Positions 40,183 to 51,649 of a stretch of DNA of 64,000 bases are shown piece by piece. Made by a program: the position numbers and the translations under genes. The stretch covers positions 402 to 64,401 of the forward strand of contig CALVFH010000001.1 of assembly GCA_944326775.1 (NCBI GenBank), written 5' to 3'. The notes under the pieces are model-generated. The model saw nothing but the letters and a program-made list of their open reading frames with translations, was not told the origin of the DNA and ran no database searches. Source of the DNA: an uncultured Parabacteroides sp. (GTDB taxonomy: Bacteria > Bacteroidota > Bacteroidia > Bacteroidales > Tannerellaceae). Position 1 is the stretch's first letter. Every line of letters starts with the position of its first letter.

Positions 40183-41511
40183 TTAGGTAAAACTAATCAC
40201 TGTCCCGGCAGAATTACCGCCCCGGTCCTTATCCTTAGTCAAAGAAGCATTCGTAGCATTACGCAACCGTGCAACTTCCTTGCTGTCACGTTTATAAGCT
40301 GGCGTATTTTCAAGCAGACGGACTAAGGAATCATCATCATCTTCCAATTCGCGGGCAGAAAGAACCACCGGTTCAATGCGTGGGCGGAAACGAGGCCCAT
40401 ACGATCCATAATAGGTGTCAATCAATATATCTTCCTCTTCACGGGCTTGCTTTTTGGCCAGATCTTCTTCCGCTCTCTTCTGCCGGTCTTCTTCGCTAAG
40501 CTCGGTCTGCTGGTCGTCGGTCAAGACATCGCCCAAACCAAACCCGGTTACCAAAATAGTAATCTTGATTCGATCGCCTAAAGAATCATCATAACCATGC
40601 CCCCACTTGACTTCATATTCCGTCTTAAACCGGAACATGAAATTATGAATATCATCCATTTCATCAATACGAAGTGCATTCTCATGACTGTAATAAATCA
40701 CAAAAGCTACACGCTGAGCATTGTAGATATTCTCCACGTCGTTGACCAAGGTACTGTTTACCGCATCTTCAATTGCCCGTTGCAAACGTCCTTCACCTTC
40801 GCCATATCCCACGCTAATCAATCCTACGCCGCTATTCCGCATGGTAAAATCGACATCGGCAAAATCGACATTCTGCTCCAAATTGGTCGTGATAATCTCC
40901 GCAATGCTCCTGGCTGCAATTGTCAGCGTTTCGTCAGCCTTCCGATAAGCATCAGGCACTGTGGTACGCGCCTCGGAATACAACATCCGCAAACGTTCAT
41001 TATTGATGACAAGGAGAGAATCAACATTCTCGGCCATCCGACGAACCCCTTTTACGGCTTTCACTATCTTCGGACGCCCTTCGAATAAGAACGGAATCGT
41101 TACGATACCTACAGTCAGGATCCCCATATCCTTCGATATTTTGGCCACTATCGGACCAGCACCGGTACCGGTACCTCCTCCCATCCCGGCCGTAATAAAG
41201 GTCATCTTTGTTCCGTCGTCCAGCATCGAACGGATTTCAGCTTCACTTTCCAAAGCCGCCTTCTCGCCCTTTTCCGGAACATTACCCGAGCCCAAACCAC
41301 CCGTAGTAGTCCGTCCGAGCAACAGTTTGTTAGGCACATTAGACTTCTCCAGAGCCTGATTATCCGTATTGCACAAGACAAAAGAAACATCCTTGATTCC
41401 TTCGTTGTACATGTTTGTAACAGCATTGCCGCCGCCGCCGCCCACACCGATAACCTTAATCAAGGCCCTCGAATCGGATGGTGTACCGAATGATAGTATC
41501 TCGTTATCCAT
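40183..41511 (-). CDS. ftsZ: Cell division protein FtsZ
   Basis: VIGVGGGGGNAV, GMGGGTGTG, NVDFAD. Confidence 0.97.
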   Translation of the reverse strand: MDNEILSFGTPSDSRALIKVIGVGGGGGNAVTNMYNEGIKDVSFVLCNTDNQALEKSNVPNKLLLGRTTTGGLGSGNVPEKGEKAALESEAEIRSMLDDGTKMTFITAGMGGGTGTGAGPIVAKISKDMGILTVGIVTIPFLFEGRPKIVKAVKGVRRMAENVDSLLVINNERLRMLYSEARTTVPDAYRKADETLTIAARSIAEIITTNLEQNVDFADVDFTMRNSGVGLISVGYGEGEGRLQRAIEDAVNSTLVNDVENIYNAQRVAFVIYYSHENALRIDEMDDIHNFMFRFKTEYEVKWGHGYDDSLGDRIKITILVTGFGLGDVLTDDQQTELSEEDRQKRAEEDLAKKQAREEEDILIDTYYGSYGPRFRPRIEPVVLSARELEDDDDSLVRLLENTPAYKRDSKEVARLRNATNASLTKDKDRGGNSAGTVISFT

Positions 41512-41525
41512 GATATGTTGTATTA

Positions 41526-42959
41526 TCAATAATCATTATCTTTAATTTTGAACTCTTTGCTCACTTCTTTGATTGAAGTGCCGATTGTATTGGTAAAAAG
41601 ATCTTTAATCCACCAACCTTTACCACGCTTTCCTCCATCGTCTCCTCCTTGAGGTTTATTTTCCGGATCGGTTCCTTTCGTACTTTCACCTTTTGATTCT
41701 CCCGGATTTTGTTCTGTTTCAATCGGGCGTTCAGGCTCTTTTCCTACCCCTATATTTATTTCTACAGAGGGCGATTTAGGACGAGCAGGAGGAACCACTT
41801 TCTCTGGTTGTTTTGCACAATTCTCACGACACAGAAGCAATAAGGATGCTGCCAGCATATACTCCGGATTATTGGCAATCATATCGTTCCCCATTACCAA
41901 ATCCCGACGTACAGAAGCAATACGGACATCCATCTTGAACCGCATTTTAACCGCCTCCCGCAAATCTTTCAACATAGCCCCGGAACCGGCAATAACCACC
42001 GTATAAGAACCTTCTTTCAGAATATTCGCATCAAGCACACGAGCATAGACATTTTCGAGAATCTCACGCACACGAGCTTCTACAATCTCATCCAAATCGG
42101 CTTGTTTGATGGTAGCCATTCCATTCATACGGTTGATGTCAATGGGCAACTGCTGTTCCTCTTTATTCGGGAGAGCCGTTCCATGAACACGTTTCAAACG
42201 TTCAGCCTCAGATTCGGGGACATCCAATCCTGATTCAATATCCCGGGTAATCAGATGACTACCAAAGGGGACAACATACAACATCTGCAGCTGGTTTCGC
42301 CGATAGGCACTGACAGAAGTTACCCCCGCACCGAAATCAATCAATATACACCCCTGTTGGCGTTCAGCATCCGTCAATACAAAGTTGGCCAAAGCAATCG
42401 GAGAGACTAAAATCTGCGGGACCTTGCAATTGATACGGTCTGTCATCTTCTTCAACGAACTGTACATGACTGGACGACCGACAATCAACTTATATCTGGC
42501 ATCAATCCGTGAGCAAGTCGTCCCTACCGGGTCTCTTTCAACACGTCCATCCAAGCAATAAACCGGAGAAACTATATCGAATACCTCCAGTCCTGCCGGG
42601 TGATAATTCCGACATTCCTTTTCCATGTTCAGCAGGAGATCTTCTGTGATCTCTCTCTCTGCTCCAAACGTTCTTGTGACCGTATGATCTACAGAACGGA
42701 GAGAAAAGCCTCCTACCCCAATATATATTTTGTCAATTTTCGAATCGCCAAGTTTATTTTCCAATTTACGGACAAGCGCATTAACGTGATAAGCGACCTC
42801 CTCGCCATTATACACACATCCTCTACGCATAGATCTATCCGTCTTCTCGACATCAGAAGCCAAAATAGACAATACGCCGGAAGGAGTTCTTGTCCCCACC
42901 ATTCCAGCCATGTGAGACGTACCTAAATCAATAGCTGCGATAAAATCCGTATTAGCCAT
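41526..42959 (-). CDS. ftsA: Cell division protein FtsA
   Basis: AIDLGTS, IDFGAGVT, EAERLK; position between ftsQ and ftsZ. Confidence 0.93.
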   Translation of the reverse strand: MANTDFIAAIDLGTSHMAGMVGTRTPSGVLSILASDVEKTDRSMRRGCVYNGEEVAYHVNALVRKLENKLGDSKIDKIYIGVGGFSLRSVDHTVTRTFGAEREITEDLLLNMEKECRNYHPAGLEVFDIVSPVYCLDGRVERDPVGTTCSRIDARYKLIVGRPVMYSSLKKMTDRINCKVPQILVSPIALANFVLTDAERQQGCILIDFGAGVTSVSAYRRNQLQMLYVVPFGSHLITRDIESGLDVPESEAERLKRVHGTALPNKEEQQLPIDINRMNGMATIKQADLDEIVEARVREILENVYARVLDANILKEGSYTVVIAGSGAMLKDLREAVKMRFKMDVRIASVRRDLVMGNDMIANNPEYMLAASLLLLCRENCAKQPEKVVPPARPKSPSVEINIGVGKEPERPIETEQNPGESKGESTKGTDPENKPQGGDDGGKRGKGWWIKDLFTNTIGTSIKEVSKEFKIKDNDY

Positions 42960-42964
42960 ATCCC

Positions 42965-43693
42965 TTATCTTTTAGTACAAACAATCTGATTCTTATATTT
43001 TAAATTAATAATGCTATACTTTTCCCAACCGACTTTTGGAATCGCCTGTTCATAGAATAGCCTTAAATTATCCAATTTCTCCCGGAAGCCATCAAATGAG
43101 CCTAATATAATCCGGTGATTCCCTACCCGCGGTATCAATTCAACATCCCCATCAGGATGGACAAATATTTGTTCTATTTGATTATTCCAGAAATCATTGT
43201 TCTGCAAAAATAATGCAAATTCATATAACTCGGTAGTCGATAGCTCTTTTTCTATCGCTCCATTTGCAATTGGAACACGAGCGACATAACGACGACTTAG
43301 CGCCATCGTGCTTCCTTGATTATCGATATAATATCCTCCGTCGGCAGTCATCACTCGCAAGATAGGCATTTTCTGCTCTACTTCCAATTTGATTCTTCCA
43401 GAAGGAGTCTTGTAGGCCTCTACTTTTGCAATCATATCATTCTCTTGTAAAGCAGCTTCAATTTTCTCCGTATTAATCTCGTCCATCCGGTGTTTCATAG
43501 GATCCAGTCCGGCTTTCCGCAAGATTTGAGCCAAATCAGCCTCATTGATAAAATGCTTATCCAAACTGTCACGAACAACAATTTGCACGCCTACGCAAGG
43601 CGAAACCTGTTTCCGATCTGCCAGAAATAGCGAAGCTGCAACAATATACCCACTGAGCAACGTCGCAAGTATTATGGACAATACCTTAATCAC
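42965..43693 (-). CDS. ftsQ: Cell division protein FtsQ
   Basis: N-terminal TM, LIPRVGNH, INLKYKNQIVC; dcw position. Confidence 0.88.
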   Translation of the reverse strand: MIKVLSIILATLLSGYIVAASLFLADRKQVSPCVGVQIVVRDSLDKHFINEADLAQILRKAGLDPMKHRMDEINTEKIEAALQENDMIAKVEAYKTPSGRIKLEVEQKMPILRVMTADGGYYIDNQGSTMALSRRYVARVPIANGAIEKELSTTELYEFALFLQNNDFWNNQIEQIFVHPDGDVELIPRVGNHRIILGSFDGFREKLDNLRLFYEQAIPKVGWEKYSIINLKYKNQIVCTKR

Positions 43694-45078
43694 CGTCTTT
43701 CCAATAATATTTGTTTAACAGGTTCCACCAATCGGTCAATATCTCCGGCGCCCAACATCAACACTACCTGATAAGAAGCGGCTTCATTTTTTATCCAGTC
43801 CAGCAACTCGTCCTTTCGAACAAGATGCTTATCAGGAATTGTCACTTGATTAAAAATCAACTGCGAACTAACTCCTGGTATCGGTTTTTCACGGGCAGGA
43901 TAAATATCCAACAATATCAACTCGTCAAGCAAAGAAAGGCTTTTTGCAAACTCTGAGGAAAAATCCCGCGTCCGACTATACAGATGAGGCTGAAAAATCC
44001 CCGTAATCTTCTTTCCGGCATACAACTCTTTTACCGAAAGAATACTTGCTCGAATCTCTGCCGGATGATGTGCATAATCATCCAATAAAACAAGATCTTC
44101 CCGCTTCAAATGAAAATCAAACCGACGGACAGGACCGGCAAAAGTAGCCATACCTTGTCGGATTTCCTCAACCGTTGCTCCGTTTAGCCAAGCCAGCGCC
44201 ATCGCAGCTACACCATTCTCAATATTGACTTTCACAGGAACTCCCAAAGATACGTTTTTAATTTGAACATCAGGTGCGATAAAGTCAAAGATTATTTCAC
44301 CTTGGCCAATTCGGATATTCTCTGCATGAAAATCACCTCCGTTTTCGACCGAATATGAATAAAGTTTCACACCTTTCTGTAAACGGGGTTGAATAGGAAG
44401 TCCTTTTTTCATCAACAGGCAGCCTCCCGGACGAATCAAGGAAGTAAAATGCTCAAAACTCTCACGATAGGCCTCCGGAGTACCATAAATATCCAAATGA
44501 TCCGGATCCACCGCCGTAATAATAGCCATATAAGGACGCAACCAATGGAAGGAGCGATCAAACTCATCGGCCTCTATTACCGTCAAATCGCTCCGATCGG
44601 AAAGCATCAGATTACTATTATAATTCTTCAAGATACCACCCAGAAAAGCATTACAATCAACATGCGACTGCTTCAATATATGAGCCAACATCGATGAAGT
44701 TGTCGTTTTGCCATGGGTCCCAGCCACACACAAACCTCGCGCCCCATTTGTGATTAATCCCAATACTTGCGAGCGTTTTAATACCTCAAATCCATGTTTC
44801 CGAAAATAACTCAACTCGGTATGAGATTCCGGGACAGCCGGCGTATAAATAACCAAAGTCTGTTGAGGATCACGACAATACTCCGGAATCAAGTCAACTT
44901 TATCCTCATAATGAATAAAAGCGCCTTCTTTATTTAATTCCGCAGTCAATTCCGAAGGAGTCCGGTCATAACCCGCCACCTTCTTCCCTTTTGAAAGAAA
45001 ATAGCGAACCAACGCACTCATTCCAATACCTCCGGCCCCCACAAAATACACACTCGATATGCTATGGATTGTATTCAT
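43690..45078 (-). CDS. murC: UDP-N-acetylmuramate--L-alanine ligase
   Basis: GAGGIGMSAL, AGTHGKTTT, EADEFD, DDYAHHP, FQPHLYSRT. Confidence 0.97.
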   Translation of the reverse strand: MNTIHSISSVYFVGAGGIGMSALVRYFLSKGKKVAGYDRTPSELTAELNKEGAFIHYEDKVDLIPEYCRDPQQTLVIYTPAVPESHTELSYFRKHGFEVLKRSQVLGLITNGARGLCVAGTHGKTTTSSMLAHILKQSHVDCNAFLGGILKNYNSNLMLSDRSDLTVIEADEFDRSFHWLRPYMAIITAVDPDHLDIYGTPEAYRESFEHFTSLIRPGGCLLMKKGLPIQPRLQKGVKLYSYSVENGGDFHAENIRIGQGEIIFDFIAPDVQIKNVSLGVPVKVNIENGVAAMALAWLNGATVEEIRQGMATFAGPVRRFDFHLKREDLVLLDDYAHHPAEIRASILSVKELYAGKKITGIFQPHLYSRTRDFSSEFAKSLSLLDELILLDIYPAREKPIPGVSSQLIFNQVTIPDKHLVRKDELLDWIKNEAASYQVVLMLGAGDIDRLVEPVKQILLERR

Positions 45079-45096
45079 AATTCAAGACTTAACAGC

Positions 45097-46203
45097 TTAG
45101 GATTTTCTAATTATTTTTTCAATCTCTTCGACAATCTTCTCTGCACTATGGTGATACGCCAGTTTAACAATATTCCGACTCAAGTCGGCCAATAATGCAT
45201 CGTTGGCTATGGTTGCCAATGCCTGATCAACCAACTGTTGGGGAGCAGCCTGATCCGTTACCATCAAAGCCGCCTCTCGGTTCACTAAGGCAAGCGCATT
45301 CTTTGTCTGATGGTCTTCCGCCACATTCGGGGACGGCACCAGAATAACCGGTTTTTTCAGCAGACACAACTCTGAGATAGTTCCTGCGCCAGCACGCGAA
45401 ATAACCAAGTCTGCTGCCGAATAAGCATAATCCATCCGCGAAATAAAATCAGAACACCATACAGGCATCCCCCGATAGGCTTTTAGGTGTTTCAACGCCT
45501 CTTCATGATAATATCGTCCAGTCTGCCAAATCAATTGCACCTCTGAAGAACAAATTTTATCCAATCCGTTTTCAATACTCCGATTAATGGTACGTGCGCC
45601 CAAACTACCTCCAACGACCAACAATGTTTTCTTTTCCGGAGAAAGGCCAAAGAATGCCGCCGCTTCTTCCCGCTTATTCTGGGCATTTTCCAAATCACTA
45701 CGAACTGGATTCCCTGTCAGTACAATCCGATCGGCAGGGAAAAACTTCTCCATCCCTTCATAAGCCACACAAATACGTTCGGCTTTCTTCGCCAACAACT
45801 TGTTAGTTACTCCCGCATATGAATTTTGCTCCTGAATCAAAACAGGAATACCCAGCGATGAAGCCATCCAAAGAGTCGGTCCACTCGCATAGCCACCGAC
45901 CCCGATTGCTATATCCGGACGAAATTCACGCAAAGTTTTTTTAGCCAAATGAAGGCTCTTCAATAAACGGAGCACCACTTGGAAGTTTTTTAAAAGGGAT
46001 GAACGGTCAAAACCACTTACCGGCAAACCAACTATCGGATAACCCGCAGCTGGCACTTTTTCCATTTCCATCCGGTCTTCTGCACCTACAAAAAGAATTT
46101 CACAATCCGGATAACGCTTTTTTAATTCATTAGCGATAGAGAGCGCGGGAAAAATATGTCCTCCTGTTCCTCCCCCACTAATGATGAATTTATAGGGTTT
46201 CAT
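45097..46203 (-). CDS. murG: Lipid II GlcNAc transferase
   Basis: GGGTGGHIFP, GGYAS, EQN, GGSLGA, SRAGA. Confidence 0.97.
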   Translation of the reverse strand: MKPYKFIISGGGTGGHIFPALSIANELKKRYPDCEILFVGAEDRMEMEKVPAAGYPIVGLPVSGFDRSSLLKNFQVVLRLLKSLHLAKKTLREFRPDIAIGVGGYASGPTLWMASSLGIPVLIQEQNSYAGVTNKLLAKKAERICVAYEGMEKFFPADRIVLTGNPVRSDLENAQNKREEAAAFFGLSPEKKTLLVVGGSLGARTINRSIENGLDKICSSEVQLIWQTGRYYHEEALKHLKAYRGMPVWCSDFISRMDYAYSAADLVISRAGAGTISELCLLKKPVILVPSPNVAEDHQTKNALALVNREAALMVTDQAAPQQLVDQALATIANDALLADLSRNIVKLAYHHSAEKIVEEIEKIIRKS

Positions 46204-46230
46204 GTTTTCTATCTTTTAATCAGTCTATCA

Positions 46231-47487
46231 TTATATTTTCTCCACAGAAGCATCTATTTGCGGAGCTTCAGCAATCAATGTATTGTCCGAACCAGCATCC
46301 GGCTTTATCTCTTCTTCCGGCAATGAATCTTCCTCATTACCTATATTTGCTTCAAATCTGCTTACACTTAATATAATACCAATATAAAAGCAACTGATAA
46401 TCGTGGAAGTTCCACCACGACTTATCAACGGAAGAGGTTGTCCCGTAACCGGAATCAGATGTACAGCTACCGCCATATTCGCCATTGCCTGCATTCCCAA
46501 CAATAATCCACATCCGATTATCAAATATTTTGCATATAGCGAATGGCATTTCTTGGCAATCATCCCAACTCGGACAAGCAGTGCCAAATAAACAAACAAA
46601 AGAAACACACCCGGCAACAAACCTCCCTCTTCCAAGATAATGGCATAGATAAAGTCGGAATAAGCCTGGGGCAAGAAATCACGCTGGTCGCCATAACCGG
46701 GCCCTTTCCCGATGATATTTCCCTCAGCTATCGCTATCTGCGCATGAACCACCTGATAATATTCGTCTTTTATCGTCCCATTAGCCTCTACCATCGGCTC
46801 ATCTTGAAAAAATCGCTCAATACGTGCTTTCCAGGTTACCGCTCGGGGAATATGTTCCAAAATGGACTCCGGCGTAAACTTCAATACCAAAAAACCCATG
46901 GCTCCGATAGCCAATAAGACGACAGCAAGTTTACCTAACCGCTTCAAGGACGTCTGCCCCACAAACAACATCACGAGGGTAAATATAAAAATGAGCAAGG
47001 CCGTCGAACCGTTCGTCGGAAATATCGCGCCGCAAATTAACAAAGAGCCTACCAATATCCAAGTAAAAATCTGTCTGTCAGTAAGTATCCCCCTTTTACT
47101 CAAAAATAGCGCGATATAACTAATCAATGAGAGCTTTGCCAACTCTGAGGGTTGAAACTGTATGCCGAATATCTCCAGCCAACGTTTTTCTCCATTGATT
47201 TCCACGCCCCATAAGGCCGTTATAACCAGCAAAACAAAGATAAAAGGCAATATTAATCCGCCCAATTTGAAATACCGATAAGGGATATTATGCATCACCA
47301 GAATTCCGAAAGTAAAGCCCAAAACCAACATCCCGAAATGTCGTGAGATTGGTCCCAACATATCGTCATTCTTATACACCATCGTACTTGTCGCACTAAA
47401 GACAAAAACCAACGAATAGAGGCATAAGATGGCAAAGATAATCCATATCACCGGATCTCCTTTAAATATCCTCTTTATCAGATTCAT
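46231..47487 (-). CDS. ftsW: SEDS family cell division protein FtsW
   Basis: RWL..FQPSELAK, LPQAYSDFIYAII, TGQPLPLISRGG. Confidence 0.93.
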   Translation of the reverse strand: MNLIKRIFKGDPVIWIIFAILCLYSLVFVFSATSTMVYKNDDMLGPISRHFGMLVLGFTFGILVMHNIPYRYFKLGGLILPFIFVLLVITALWGVEINGEKRWLEIFGIQFQPSELAKLSLISYIALFLSKRGILTDRQIFTWILVGSLLICGAIFPTNGSTALLIFIFTLVMLFVGQTSLKRLGKLAVVLLAIGAMGFLVLKFTPESILEHIPRAVTWKARIERFFQDEPMVEANGTIKDEYYQVVHAQIAIAEGNIIGKGPGYGDQRDFLPQAYSDFIYAIILEEGGLLPGVFLLFVYLALLVRVGMIAKKCHSLYAKYLIIGCGLLLGMQAMANMAVAVHLIPVTGQPLPLISRGGTSTIISCFYIGIILSVSRFEANIGNEEDSLPEEEIKPDAGSDNTLIAEAPQIDASVEKI

Positions 47488-47518
47488 TGCACGGTTCCTC
47501 CTTTTTCAGTTCTTATTT

Positions 47519-48853
47519 TTACAAAGCTCGCACACAATCCTTGAATTGCCGCCCACGGTCTTCATAGTTCTCAAACAAATCGAAGCTGGCGCAACAGGGC
47601 GAAAGCAAGACCGTATCTCCTTTTTGCGCCATGTCATACGCTAAGCCTACCGCTTCTTTCATCGAACGGGCATCGGCAATCTGCGCTACTTTCCCGTCAA
47701 AGAAAGTATGCAATTTCGTATTGTCCTTTCCCAAGAATATCAAGCCATGTACTTTCTTGAGCACCAGTTTTTCAATTTCAGTATAATCATTTCCTTTATC
47801 GGTTCCTCCCAAGATAAGGATAACTGGTGTTTTCATACTTTGGAGTGCATACCAGCATGAATTCACGTTGGTAGCTTTCGAATCGTTGATATAGTCCACT
47901 CCACGGACACGCGCCACTTTCTCCAACCGGTGTTCCACGCCCGTAAAATCCATCAGGGATTCGCGGATTTTTTCATTCTGGATATCCATAACCTTTGCCG
48001 TAATGCTTGCCGCCAACGAATTATAAAGGTTATGCGTTCCAGTCAATGCCAATAATTCTTCATCCATCGTAAATTCTCCTTTACTTGTTTTCACTATGAT
48101 TTGATTATTTTCCACATACGCCTTCACGCCTTCTTCATGCGTTTCAGCAAATGGATACAACGTTGCCTTTGGCTGGTGCCGCTCCACCTCCCGGCGGATA
48201 ATCGGGTCGTCGTTCCAATAAATAAAAGCATCATCAGCTGTCTGATTCTGGATAATGCGGAACTTCGCATCCACGTAATTCTGCATCTCATAATTATAAC
48301 GGTCCAGATGGTCAGGCGTGATGTTGAGCAATACCGCAATATCAGCCTTAAAATCATACATGTTATCCAGTTGAAAACTACTCAACTCTATGACATATAC
48401 GGCATGGGGCGATTCAGCGACCTGCAAAGCAAGACTATTCCCCACATTGCCAGCCAAACCGACATCCACACCGGCTTGTTTCAAAATATGATAGGTCAGC
48501 ATTGTCGTTGTTGTCTTCCCATTGCTGCCTGTAATACAAATCATGCAGGCTTTACTATAACGTCCTGCAAACTCAATTTCCGAGATAATATGTATTCCTT
48601 TCGCCTTCAATTGCTGAACAATCGGCGCCTTATCAGGAATACCGGGACTCTTCACCACCTCGTCTGCTCCAAGGATTCGTTCTTCCGAGTGCCCCCCTTC
48701 TTCCCACTCGATGCCGTGAGCGTCGAGCATTTCTTTGTATTTAGGTTTAATCGAACCGCTGTCAGAAACAAACACTTCGAAGCCTTTTGCTTTTGCAAGA
48801 ACGGCAGCACCAGCCCCGCTCTCGCCTGCACCCAATACTACAATCTTACTCAT
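47519..48853 (-). CDS. murD: UDP-MurNAc-L-Ala--D-glutamate ligase
   Basis: GAGESG, ITGSNGKTTT, ELSSFQL, NDSKATN, SPCCASFD. Confidence 0.97.
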   Translation of the reverse strand: MSKIVVLGAGESGAGAAVLAKAKGFEVFVSDSGSIKPKYKEMLDAHGIEWEEGGHSEERILGADEVVKSPGIPDKAPIVQQLKAKGIHIISEIEFAGRYSKACMICITGSNGKTTTTMLTYHILKQAGVDVGLAGNVGNSLALQVAESPHAVYVIELSSFQLDNMYDFKADIAVLLNITPDHLDRYNYEMQNYVDAKFRIIQNQTADDAFIYWNDDPIIRREVERHQPKATLYPFAETHEEGVKAYVENNQIIVKTSKGEFTMDEELLALTGTHNLYNSLAASITAKVMDIQNEKIRESLMDFTGVEHRLEKVARVRGVDYINDSKATNVNSCWYALQSMKTPVILILGGTDKGNDYTEIEKLVLKKVHGLIFLGKDNTKLHTFFDGKVAQIADARSMKEAVGLAYDMAQKGDTVLLSPCCASFDLFENYEDRGRQFKDCVRAL

Positions 48854-48893
48854 ATCTTTCCTATTTAGATCTCTATGCTTTCGTTTCCCTATT

Positions 48894-48925
48894 CCTATGG
48901 TTTACGACTTGGAAACCTATGGTTT
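48894..48925. repeat. 22-bp-period repeat remnant between mraY and murD
   Basis: cctatggtttacgacttggaaa-cctatggttt; similar to 2452-2474. Confidence 0.45.
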
Positions 48926-50183
48926 AACGCATCTTCAACGTCACGATGGTTATGACCGCAAGGATAATCCCAATCAACCAAAAGCGAACCACAATTTTCG
49001 ATTCCGGTACCACATTAAGGGGTTTTTGAATAATCGCATCAATGCCCGCATTTCCAGGTTTCTGAAAATGATGATGCAACGGTGCCATTTTAAATATTCT
49101 CCGCCCTGCCCCATACTTCCTTTTTGTATATTTAAAATAGAACGTCTGAAAAATAACTGACAGATTTTCAACTAAAAATATACCACAAAGGATAGGGATC
49201 AGCAACTCTTTACGAATGATAATCGCAAATACCGCAATAATGCCGCCTAACGTAAGACTTCCCGTATCGCCCATAAAAACCTGGGCAGGATAAGCATTAT
49301 ACCACAGAAACCCGATAGTTGCTCCGATAAATGCCGCCGCAAAGACTACCAGTTCCTCTGCTCCGGGAATAAACATGATATTGAGAAACGAAGCAAACTC
49401 AAAGTGCGACGACATATAAGCCAAGATTCCCAATGCCACTCCAATAATTGCCGAACTACCTGCCGCCAGACCATCCAATCCGTCAGTCAGATTAGCACCA
49501 TTCGAAACAGCAGTCACCACAAAAATGACCATCAAGACAAAGACCACCCATGCCGCCTCTTCCTTATATGGCCCGGCCCACGAAACCAGTTGCGCATAGT
49601 CAAAATTATTGTTCTTTACAAACGGGATAGTAGTCTTTGTCGATTTTGTCTCTTGTGGATGAAACTTCACTTCTTGAATAGTATCTCCCTGACGAACTTC
49701 CATATTCTCGCGAATCACCACATCCGGACTCAAGAATAAGACCAAACCAACTATCAGCCCAAGCCCCACTTGCCCGACAATCTTGAACCGTCCATGCATA
49801 CCTTCTTTATTCTTGCGAAAGACTTTGATGTAATCGTCGGCAAAGCCCAATGCTCCAAGCCAAAGGGTTGTAATCAACATCAGAATCAGATAGATATTAT
49901 TCAACTTGGCACATAGCAAAACGGGCACGACAATAGCGATAATAATGATAATACCCCCCATTGTCGGTGTTCCTTTCTTGCTCATCTGTCCCTCCAGCCC
50001 TAAATTGCGCACCGTTTCACCAATCTGCAAATACTGCAAACGGTCGATGATACGGCGTCCGATAGCTGTAGCAATGAAAAGAGACAAGATTAATGCCAAT
50101 CCCGAACGGAACGACACGTACTTAAACATGCCGGCTCCAGGAAAATCTAACTGGTCTAAATAGTTAAACAAATAATACAACAT
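48924..50183 (-). CDS. mraY: Phospho-N-acetylmuramoyl-pentapeptide transferase
   Basis: [38 protein letters not shown]. Confidence 0.97.
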   Translation of the reverse strand: MLYYLFNYLDQLDFPGAGMFKYVSFRSGLALILSLFIATAIGRRIIDRLQYLQIGETVRNLGLEGQMSKKGTPTMGGIIIIIAIVVPVLLCAKLNNIYLILMLITTLWLGALGFADDYIKVFRKNKEGMHGRFKIVGQVGLGLIVGLVLFLSPDVVIRENMEVRQGDTIQEVKFHPQETKSTKTTIPFVKNNNFDYAQLVSWAGPYKEEAAWVVFVLMVIFVVTAVSNGANLTDGLDGLAAGSSAIIGVALGILAYMSSHFEFASFLNIMFIPGAEELVVFAAAFIGATIGFLWYNAYPAQVFMGDTGSLTLGGIIAVFAIIIRKELLIPILCGIFLVENLSVIFQTFYFKYTKRKYGAGRRIFKMAPLHHHFQKPGNAGIDAIIQKPLNVVPESKIVVRFWLIGIILAVITIVTLKMR

Positions 50184-50186
50184 ACA

Positions 50187-51647
50187 TTACGCCTCCTCTG
50201 TCGCAAACAATTCGCGAAGCAATTCGCGGTCATCGAAATGATGTTTAACCCCTTTGACTTCCTGATAATCTTCATGTCCCTTACCCGCTACCAATACAAC
50301 ATCACCACGTTGGGCCATCATCGTTGCCGTTTTGATAGCTTGTGCACGATCGGTAATACGGAGAACACGTTCCATATCAGCAACAGAAAGTCCCGCTGCC
50401 ATATCATCGATAATCGCATCTGGTTCCTCAAAACGCGGGTTATCAGATGTCAGTATCACTAAATCGCTGAGACGAACAGCTTCTTTTGCCATTAACGGAC
50501 GTTTCCCTTTATCGCGATTTCCACCACATCCGACAACAGTTATAATCCGCCCCTTTCCTTCAAGCACCTCATGAATAGCATTTAACACATTCGTCAAGGC
50601 ATCCGGGGTATGAGCATAATCAACAATAGCTGTAAAGCCTTTGGGTGAACGAATCGTTTCAAAGCGCCCGGTTACCGGATGCAAGGTACTCAGAATAACC
50701 AACACTTCTTCCGGATCTTTTCCAAGAGCAACCGCCGCAGCATAAACCGCCAACAAATTATAAGCATTAAAACGACCCACAAAATGGACCGTCACCTCAT
50801 GGTTGTTAATCAACAAATCCGTTCCTTCCACATGAGCCTCCAGAATCTTTCCCTTAAAATCGGCCATTGTCCGTAAAGAATAGGTCAGTTTCCTTGCCTT
50901 CGTATTCTGAAGCATGACCATTCCTGATTTGTCATCCGCATTTGTCAAGGCAAAAGCGGTTGCCGGCAGATCGTCAAAGAAACGCTTTTTAGCTCGAAGG
51001 TAATTCTCTACGGTCTTATGATAATCCAAATGATCTCGTGTCAGATTAGTAAAAATTCCACCATTAAAATCCAATCCACTGATACGGCGCTGGTCAATGG
51101 CATGAGAACTAACCTCCATAAAAGCATATTCACATCCATCAGCCACCATCTCCGCCATCAGCCGATGAAGGGTCAACGGATCGGGAGTCGTATGCTCCGT
51201 CGGGATAGGACGCTCGTTAATATAATTGCAAACCGTCGATATCAAACCAGCCTTATGCCCCATCTGAAGAAACATCTTATATAATAAGGTAGCGATAGTT
51301 GTTTTCCCATTGGTACCAGTAACTCCCACCAACACCAGTCTGCGCGAAGGATTACCATACCATTGTGAAGCCAATAATCCTACTGCCGGAGTAGAATCTT
51401 TAACCACTACGAAAGTAGCTTTGTCATTTAAACCCTCCGGAATCTCTTCACAAACAACAGCTGCCGCCCCCTTTTCAAGAGCAGCTTCGATAAAATCATG
51501 CCCGTCAACAGCCGTTCCACGGACAGCGACAAACACTTCGCCAGGCTTAATAAACCGAGAATCCGATTGGACACCGGTTATTTCTATCTCGTCTTTCCCG
51601 ATGATTTTCAAAGCATCTAAGGCTTGAATCAATTCATTCAGTTTCAT
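50187..51647 (-). CDS. murE: UDP-MurNAc-dipeptide--meso-DAP ligase
   Basis: [26 protein letters not shown] (DAP-specific), GKGHE. Confidence 0.97.
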   Translation of the reverse strand: MKLNELIQALDALKIIGKDEIEITGVQSDSRFIKPGEVFVAVRGTAVDGHDFIEAALEKGAAAVVCEEIPEGLNDKATFVVVKDSTPAVGLLASQWYGNPSRRLVLVGVTGTNGKTTIATLLYKMFLQMGHKAGLISTVCNYINERPIPTEHTTPDPLTLHRLMAEMVADGCEYAFMEVSSHAIDQRRISGLDFNGGIFTNLTRDHLDYHKTVENYLRAKKRFFDDLPATAFALTNADDKSGMVMLQNTKARKLTYSLRTMADFKGKILEAHVEGTDLLINNHEVTVHFVGRFNAYNLLAVYAAAVALGKDPEEVLVILSTLHPVTGRFETIRSPKGFTAIVDYAHTPDALTNVLNAIHEVLEGKGRIITVVGCGGNRDKGKRPLMAKEAVRLSDLVILTSDNPRFEEPDAIIDDMAAGLSVADMERVLRITDRAQAIKTATMMAQRGDVVLVAGKGHEDYQEVKGVKHHFDDRELLRELFATEEA

Positions 51648-51649
51648 AA